A stretch of DNA of 64,000 nt from Octopus sinensis (taxonomy: Eukaryota), in contig NC_042997.1 in NCBI RefSeq assembly GCF_006345805.1, positions 163,060,001-163,124,000 on the forward strand. Direction: 5' to 3'. Within the stretch, counting starts at the first letter, position 1, and every line of letters starts with the position of its first letter. The position numbers and the translations under genes were made by a program. The notes under the pieces were generated by a model. That model was not told the origin of the DNA, searched no databases, and saw only the letters and a list, made by a program, of their open reading frames with translations. Of the stretch, positions 55,063 through 64,000 are shown piece after piece.

Positions 55063-57275
55063 GTTAGTACCAACTAAGATCCTAAAACCTTCGTTGCTAC
55101 CTGGGATCACTAACAGCTTTGCATCTTTTTATTTTATTTGGGGGTAAAACCTATTTTGTTTCATTTGTTTCTGTTTATATTGTGTGAGTCTGAATGAGAA
55201 AGAGGAAAAATAAATTAATATAAAATCTCATGTTGCATAAAGATTAATGTTTTAATCAACAAAAAGAAAAGTACAATTGTTTTATGGTGTATGGGGGTGA
55301 GGGAAACAAAGAATTTACATTGTTATTGGCAAGTAAGCACATACGAACACACACACACGTACTTGTTCAACATTTTCAATTTAGTGGTTTCACTAAATGG
55401 TATGATCTGGAATTGAAAGCAATTAAAATGTGAAGCAGTGGAACTTAACTTTCATATGAAGCAAAACATATAAGCAAAAAGTGTTCATGTGCAGAAAATA
55501 GAGGTATTAATTCAAAATTTATACACTTAGCAAGTGTTTTGAGATATAAAAGATGTAACATTAATAGATAAACAAGTTGCATTCATATTTTATAAGTGTT
55601 CAAAATACAGTAAATGGATTATTATTAAAACACGCAACAAGACAACAGATATAATAGAAGCTGTAAATTAAGCTTGGTTTCCTCAAAACCTGACCACTCG
55701 ATGGCAAGAAGTGATAGTTTCGTAAAGGACTTATTTGTAACAGCATCTGCAACCACATTGCACACTTTGCTAGCTTCTCCAACTGAACCCACATCTCAAA
55801 CATTGAAACAATTACTGACTGCCACGAGGTAGGTCATTAGGAATTTTAAAATTGCCAACAGAACGAAGACAAAACTCAGTTTCAAGCAGTTATTAATGAT
55901 CAAAAGTCATACCTGTATATCATGAAAATACATCTCATATCACTTATTATATAGATGATGTCAACATATATGGTCAAAACAGCAGAAATAAAAAACCTTT
56001 TTTCTTTTTGCTAAGACATGGCAGTGGCTTCTCAGAATAACATGCTTAGCAACTAAGACTACACTATAGCAGATTATCAATGAAGCAAAAATGCAAAATT
56101 CTTTTCAAACACCATTAAACTATAGATATAACTGTCTTGTAAGGACTAAGTTTCATAGCTCCAGAGAAGAATTAGGCTAAGTGGTTCTTAAAACCTGCAT
56201 ATTATCATCATCATTTTAACATTCACTTTTCTGTATTTACACAGAATATCAAAAATTTTATTGAGTTGAATTTTTCAACTGCTGGATGCCTTTCCTATCA
56301 CTAACTCTCACTGGTTTCCAAGTATGGCAATCTTTCCTTATAACCAGACATGTTTTCAAGAAAGATTAGGAATGAAGGACACTGCTTGCATAATGGTGAC
56401 ATCCTTTTACATCAGTTATGCAATATCATGACAAGGAGACAGCCACACACACAACGGGCTTCTTTCAGTTTCCATCTATCAAATCCACTCACAAGGTTTT
56501 GGTCAACTCAAGGTTATAGTAGACGTCACTAGCCCAAGATTTCACACAGTGAGAGTGGACTCAGAATCATGTGGTTGGAAAACAAGCTACTTACCACATA
56601 GGTATGCCTACATATATCTTCAAAAGATATCTGATTTATTTGAGGGGTTATATTTTGGATATTAATCTCACAAAGATAATATGACCATAGTTAATGCAAC
56701 TCAACCTTTTTCTGTAACTGGCTAATTAGTTAGTTGGTAGAGGAGAAGAGTCCAGATAAACACTCATCCACATCCAGTACATGGACATAATTAAAGACAC
56801 ATTTGTCAACCAGCTGACACAACACACTGGTTTTAATTGCACTGACCCATCTTTAGATCAGGATTACCCAACCTGAGCTAAAGGTCAATGTCAAATTGGC
56901 TCATGGAAGGAAGATCATAAGCACTATCTTAGAATAGTTGGACTCCGTAGCATTCAAGAAGAGTGCTGAACAGCACCTGGTCTATTATGTAATTGAAGTT
57001 TGCTAATGAAAGAACACAACTTAGCAATGACTGTGGGATATTGAAAAGACTATGTTTGCTTTAATACCTGTAAAAATTTCATGATTTCATTAATGGATCC
57101 TCAGCCAGAATGGAATCTTTGGTTTGGCTGAGCACAACTTCAACATATCAGAATCAGTTGAAGAATGATGACAAAGATGATACAGTAACATCAGGTTGGT
57201 GCCGGGGTAGTTGTTTCAGAGTATCTGATGGCCATTTGTTTTTAAAGTGACAGTAAAACCGGAAAGTAGATTATT

Positions 57276-57953
57276 TATCACAAATACTAGAAATTTCATA
57301 TTGTAACCCTACACAAAAAGAACAGTACAAACTGTGATGACCTCAATAACAATATCATTTTCACTGGGTGTGGTGTTTTTCAGCCTGGAGACGTTATTTT
57401 GATTTCATCTGCAGCTTACATATATCATCAACACCATATTGTTGAGTCACTGTTGCTTAACCACATGTCAGCCATGGCTGAGCACACCTATGATCAAAAA
57501 CATCACACCCATGACCATCTCAAACTTTATTCAAGCAGTATATCTAGGATAGTATAATTCAACATGATATTTCATTTTTAAAGACAAGAGAGTGCAATTT
57601 AAGAGTGTTTCAGCTGCTAGAGGCTCATAAGATTAGACCAGTATCTAGTGCAGTAATTCCTATATCAAGATTATGATTTTTAAAATAATTTTGACCTTGT
57701 ATTTTTCATTCAGTGTGGTGATATACTGGTACTTAATCTGATGGAGAGCTTTCTAATGTTATTGATGGAAGAATATTCCAGGCTCAAAGCAGTTTATTGT
57801 CTTAGCTAATTGTTACTTTAAATGTTATACTTCAATCAGTTGGAATGATCTGATACTTAACTGGTCCTCCAATTACTGAGTGTTCAATCCAAGACCATCT
57901 GTACTGTTCTTTATGTGTAGGGTACCAATATGAAATTTCTAGTATTTGTGATA
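57276..57953. repeat. 54-bp long-range inverted repeat bounding 570 bp (MITE/foldback-like)
   Basis: 57276-57329 matches the reverse complement of 57900-57953. The outer 28 bp are perfect, with 3 mismatches overall. Confidence 0.9.
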
Positions 57954-60829
57954 TTACCTTTATATACTGACCATGTAGTATCAACTCTAGTAGTTAAGGA
58001 GAATAAAATAATGTATATGATAAAACTTGAATTCCCCTTCATACCACACAGTTGGCAGAAATATCAAATGTTTCAAATTATAAGTTGCAGATAAATTTTC
58101 ACTTGTACCAGTGTAGTGGCTGAATTGTGTTCACTAACCAGCAGTTCAGTATAGTATGCAGACAACTGTCAAGAGCTTACATATTCCAGTGACAATTGTT
58201 CAGGAAGTAATCCAACTAGCCATCATTATAGTAGGTGTTTAAACATTTAGCATTTAAGCCAGCCATATCCAGCCCAAATATTTTTATCTGTTTTATGGTC
58301 ACACCAGCCAGGTCTAACCTCTCACACTTACCCAACAACGTTGTTCTAAAAACAATCATATCAACAAAATCTAAAAGCTACAATACATGGTTAATTCAAA
58401 ACAATGTGAATAAATAAGCATTACAATTGACAGTAATTTGAATGGTAAAGGGTTAAGATCAAATCAGCCCTAATTGAGTTGACCTTATTAAAAAAAGACG
58501 TATTTCAATAGTTGTTCTGTATATTTATGGCTACATTGTCCATTGTGCCTGTGTTTTCATGATGGCAGATGTAATTTGTGGGATATTTGGTGACTATATT
58601 TATAGACAGTGGATGTGAATAATCACCACACCCAGAGATAGGCTCTTGAAGAAGTGCTTATATAGTTTTATAAGTGATGCTGTAATGACAATTGTTCACA
58701 ATTTAACAATGACACTGGAGCTCTAAAGCATATTACAATAAAACATAAGATTGTGAGCCTTTGGCAGCAAGTCTCTAAACTTCTTTTATACTCTCCACAT
58801 AGGAAAAATAATCATAGTTTGCAGAACATTTAAGTGACTTTTAAAAAGGAGATCCTCCTCCATGTTCTTTTGAAAAATAAAAAATTTGTAAATTAACACT
58901 AAATATGAATTAATGATAATAAAATGAGTTGACCCTGATAATTATTGTTTTACACGGTCACGAAAAACACACTTAAAATGTACAAATGGGGGCTACAAAG
59001 CTACACAATCAGCTTGAAATAGCAGCCAAAATCTTTCTGAAGTTGCCCTCTACCATTTCAGAAATATAATGCAAAGAAATATTGGATTATTTAGTCTTTG
59101 ATAAAATATACTTGAAAACAAGATGTGACAGCCAAAGTAGGAATACCTTTGTCCAATCTGAGCTGAGGCTAAACAACAAAAGTAAAACTTGAAATTCTAC
59201 ATTAAAGAAATTGATGTTGGAATGACTAAAGCACTAATGTGTCATGGCATACCATTTGGAAAATAAAGATTTTAAACTAAACAGAAAATCAGTAACAAAA
59301 ATTGGATAGGTACAACTGTTTGGAGAATGATTTGCAAATAAACTTTAATTGTTAGTTAAGTCAACTAGTAATTAAGTAAATTTGATGCTGTATAAAAAAA
59401 GAAAAACTAGTGTTGATTTTTTTTTTCTTTTTATGGCATAAGCTTAGTCAGAGTAGGAAGGGCATCATCCATGACCTTTTGCAGGACTTCCAAAATTGGT
59501 ATGAGGTGAAAGAAAAGAACCATGACACGTATTGTTACTGCAATAGATTATAACACATCAAGATGTCAAGTTATCCTCTCATCAGAGGTCTGGTCTAAAA
59601 GTGATGGTTAAATAATCTATATTACCAAATACAATTTTCTGTGCATATGTCTGCATGGCATTCTAACTTACAGACTCAGCTCCTTGAGAGGCTATACCAA
59701 CAAAGACCAAATATTAGGAAGCATGGTAACCCCAAGAGTGTTCCTATGCTACTTTTTTTTCTCCACCAGCCTGCAACACAAATTCAGGCCACCCTATAAC
59801 ATCTTTAGATCTTACAACCAGCAACATGCAAAATAAGAAGTATAACAATGGAACCAGACATGTTGAGAGCAAACAAGTAGGAGATTGGTTACAGAGTTAT
59901 ATTTAACCTCTTCAGAAATAGAATGACAATCAGTGAAAATAATTAATATTTTTGGAATTTGGAACTCTTTTAGCAGTAATGCACTCTTCAAGTTGGTTTG
60001 AACAGAATTTTTGTTATCAATTAAGTCCTTTCCCTCCAGATAAAATCAAATTTGAATTTGGAAACAGTAAAGATTTATTGAAGCCATCTCATGTTTTCTT
60101 TTTAATAGATTCTTCAACTTTATGATCTTACTAAAGGCCAAAGTCCCAACAGCATTTTACAGCAGTCAGACTATAAATCTGCCCAGGGAGTAACTTTTTG
60201 GCTAGTGAGAAATAATGAGTTTTAACAATTGGTAATAAACTGTTGAAATTGGTTAACTCTATGGAAAATTAAAACATAGATTTAAACTCAAAGAGGGATT
60301 ATATCATATGCAGAGTGGTGTAATATATAATTATTTAACGAGAAGTGGATAAAAAGAAAATCACACACACACAAAGAACTATCCCTAAATTTAAGTGTTC
60401 ACTGTACAAAACTATGACATAATAGTTAGAGCTTTGAAACTCTGTAATGATAATATGAGGTTTGAGTTCAAAGCCAGCATTAAAATGTTTGTAAGATAAA
60501 TTGATGGCAGAATCAAAAGAGTATCAAACAAAAATGCCATGTTTCACTTGGTTCTGTCTCTTTATAGTCTGAGTTCAAATTCTACCCAAGTTCACTTTGC
60601 TTTTCATTTTCCCCAAGTAAGTAATAAAATAGTGGGGACACTGTTGTTAATTATAGAAGGCGGTGCCTCAGCATGGCCAATGACTGGAACAAGTAAAAGA
60701 ATAGTGTATCTAATGATTATCAGAGAATGAAGCATTGTAAACACAGTCAAGAACAAAGATACAGGAAAAAGAAAACTGAAAGGCATATTGTGTAAGTAAT
60801 ATGTATGAGAAAATAATAAAAATTAGTTT

Positions 60830-62690
60830 CTTTTTCGGGATTCTCAGATCTTGAATTTCCAGGAAATGTTGTTGATAATGAGTATTTCAATGGGTATTTC
60901 CTATGATTGTATTCTATTTCCTGGGAATTTCTGAACATTTAAAAATTACAAGTTACAAGAATGTGTTTAAGTGTTCAAGAGGTCCATGTGATCTTTTACA
61001 CTATTTAAAGATAGGTCACAAAGGCATTTTGTCAGGAACAAATACAATTGCAATAGACAAACCTCTTTCAAAAAGAATCAACAAAAAATATTCTTTGCGG
61101 TAAAACAGACAGAGACTATAGAAGAAATACATATCCAAATTAGTTGCTATTGACAGAGTTTCCATGAATGCAATACTTAAAAATGCTTTTATTAAGAAAG
61201 CTATTACAGATAAAAGGTCTGATTTTACCAAAGAATGGGTCTCATTTAATGTAAATGATTCAACATCAATATAAATTGAAAACAAAAATTCTGATTATTA
61301 AAATAACTAAATGAAAGAGGAACTCTGAAAAAATTCAGTATTTCTATAGATGAACATATATCTTTGTGTAAAGGTATATTCATGTAAATATACACTCGTA
61401 TAGTAAATTCTGAAACTTAGGAATGATCAGAATTTATGAAAGTTTACTTGCTGGAAAATGTTTCAACTTATAGAAGCAAAGCTTTCTGTGATCAATCCTG
61501 AATTGAAAAAATATTTTGCAGTCATGACTGATGGTGCAAGCAATGTGGTAAAAATTTGGCAAGGAATATTAACAGCATGTATCAATTTTGTTGTGTATTT
61601 GAATTTCATTTGTCTATTAGTAACGTTCTTTAGAAGAAAACTAAATCAAATTCTAATGAAGGTAATTTAATTAATAAAACTTGCAATGACAAATTTAAAG
61701 ATACATTTGAAGAGGAGGATGATTAAAATGTACGTTCTTCAGATATGAATCTGGTTGATAATCATGTCATTCTGCTGCAAACTGAATGGTACCTATTGCA
61801 GAAGACCTCTCCACTGAAGAAAATGGCCATATCATTAAATATACAAGAACAGTTGCCAGTTCATTTCATAGGTTCCAAGATGAAATACTTCAGAAATATG
61901 TTAGAGGGAAACATGGTCATGAAGTGCCATTAATAAATCAAATGCAATAGTTTATTTACAATCTTAGAACAATTCTTACATCTTAAACACTGTATTGCAA
62001 AAGTCATATTTGATATAAGTAACCTCTTGACCAAGACAATTAATTTAATGCTATTCATGTTCTTATATTAGCAATGGAACCAATTAGAATAGAAGCTGAA
62101 AACCTCAGTCATGGAAACGCAACCTTGATCATATCTATTATTCTAGAAGAATTGAATCAACAAAATACACCAAAGTTTCTCTTGCTGAGAGAATATGCCA
62201 CAAGAAAAAAAAATTATACAGCAAATGAATGAAAACCTGATTAGATTTATTAATTATTTAAATAATTGTCTTTTAAATTGGATGCAACTGACTCTTGACT
62301 AATTTTCCCATCAGAAGCCTCATAGCAAAATAACACAACCTGTATGTAAGACTGTTCATTACATAGTTGACAGAATATTCTACTTTGCATCCCAAATCTG
62401 AATCCATGACAGTCAAAGGTACCCACACTCAAAGCTGTTGTAAACAATTAAAAGAGCATTCATCTTATGATTAAAAAAAAAACACTAACAAAAACAAAAT
62501 GCTCAAAATTGCTGAGAAATTGTTCTCTGTCTCAGTACCCTTTCTCCAGCTTCCACTGAAGCAAAGAAGACCATTTTACATATTGTTTTTTTTTCTTTTT
62601 TTGTTTTGTTTTTTGGGGTTTTTTTTACAGTTATAAAATTACAGCCAATTTTAAGTGACAGCATCATCAATAGTTTATGCTTAATAGTTT
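60830..62690 (+). pseudogene. Heavily decayed hAT-superfamily transposase
   Basis: Collinear fragments resemble a BED finger region, FSISIDE (first Asp), VMTDGASNVVK (second Asp), NSLFTILEQFL (TRWNS motif) and a C-terminal dimerisation motif. There are many stops and frameshifts. Confidence 0.75.
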
Positions 62691-63238
62691 ATCTTTTACA
62701 CTGGACTATGGCCATGCTGGGGCACCACCTTCAAAGGTTTACTCAAATAAATCAACCCCAATATTAATTTTTTAATCTGGTACTTTTTCTTTCAATCTCT
62801 TTTTACCAAAACATTTAGTGACAGGGATGTAAACAAACTAATACTGATCGTCAAGTAGTGATGGATAACAAACACAAGGACACACACAAAAACACGCACA
62901 CAAATATAGATATATAAACAATGGGCTTCCACACAGTTTCCATTTACTGAATTCACTAACAAGGTATCAATCAGCCTAAGGTTATAAAAGAAAACATTTG
63001 TCCAATGTACAATAAGACTGAACCTGAAACCACATTGTTTCAAAGTGAGCTTCTTAACCACAGAGCCATCTTCGTTGTTTTCTTTTATTTGTTTGTTTTT
63101 GTTTACATAAACCATTAGCCCGTTAACATTTTCCATATATATCATCATTTAACATCTGTTTTCTATGCTGACATAGGTTGGATGGTTTGACAGGGGCTGG
63201 TTAGGCAGAAGACTGCACCAGGCTTCTGCCTAACCAGC

Positions 63239-63450
63239 AGAATAAGGCAGCAAGCTGGCAGAAATGTTAGCACACCAGGTGAAATGCTCAACGGTATTTC
63301 ATCTGCCATTATGTTCTGAGTTCAACTTTGCCTTTCATCCTTTCAGGGTCAATAGATTAAATACCAGTTACGCACTGGGGTCAATGTAATCAACTTAATC
63401 CCTTTGTCTGTCCCCTCTATGTTTAGCCCCTTGTGGGCAATAAAGAAATA
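63239..63450 (+). mobile_element. Third-family SINE nested in another retro-element, with a 19-bp TSD
   Basis: AGAAGACTGCACCAGGCTT at 63207-63225 and 63451-63469. The head AGGCAGCAAGCTGGCAGAA matches the element at 43790-43985. Confidence 0.85.
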
Positions 63451-64000
63451 AGAAGACTGCACCAGGCTTTACTGCCTGTTTTGGCAGGGTTTTTACGGCT
63501 GAATGCCCTCCCTAACACCAACCACCTTACAGAGTGGACTATATACACCTGTTATTTTAATGGGATAAACTTGTATGCTCACTATCCTTTCTTTTTAGTG
63601 ACCAAAACTCTAAATCTTCAAATAAGAGGGTTAAACATGAAAAGTAAGAGTTCAGGTTTATTCTTGGGAAATTTCCACTGTTTTATACTTACTATTAACC
63701 AGAAATGACAAGTGCCAGGAAACTGAGAAATACTATCAATAGCAAGTGATCATTTAACAAAATGACCTAACATCTGTATAAAACTGAAACAAAATGTTTG
63801 TTACATGATCATTTTGATAGTTTCATTAACAATGCATAATACAATGACTCATACTGGGAAAAATTCTTAATATGCGTTTGTGTGGATGTGTGTGTTTATT
63901 TATTTATATATCTGACTGGAGCTGCACTAGGCTTCAATTTGTTTTGGCAAGGGTGTCCAGCTATAGAAACCAAGCCAAAACAGACTAGAGCATGGTGAAG

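Overview
This is AT-rich, repeat-dense eukaryotic DNA. The SINE/MITE families and huge (TA)/(CA) microsatellites resemble those I recall from octopus (coleoid cephalopod) genomes; that assignment is an inference. No long intact ORF is present. Nearly all ORFs in the supplied track are microsatellite or transposon artefacts. The window looks like the 5' part of one large, unidentified minus-strand gene with very long introns. It has a CpG-rich promoter at about 21.4-21.9 kb with two E2F-type sites, a first coding exon (21016-21093, MKTVFMDLFICGSKRKRPRVVSNPPQ) and a phase-compatible exon (5120-5205, [28 protein letters not shown]). It may also have an alternative upstream start exon (55042-55189, MLKTKLE), a 15-nt microexon (11525-11539) followed by a cluster of Rbfox GCAUG motifs, and several weaker micro/mini-exon candidates. 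The introns hold two decayed mariner elements, a decayed hAT transposase, LINE RT remnants, many SINEs and about 10 TTAA-flanked MITEs. The most unusual signals are: (1) a degenerate type I hammerhead ribozyme between two ~112-bp direct repeats 353 bp apart (retrozyme/Penelope-like); (2) perfect fold-back hairpins, one of pre-miRNA size and one formed at a SINE insertion junction; (3) a 54-bp long-range inverted repeat; (4) a 37-bp palindromic minisatellite. All exon calls are by eye and need RNA-seq confirmation.
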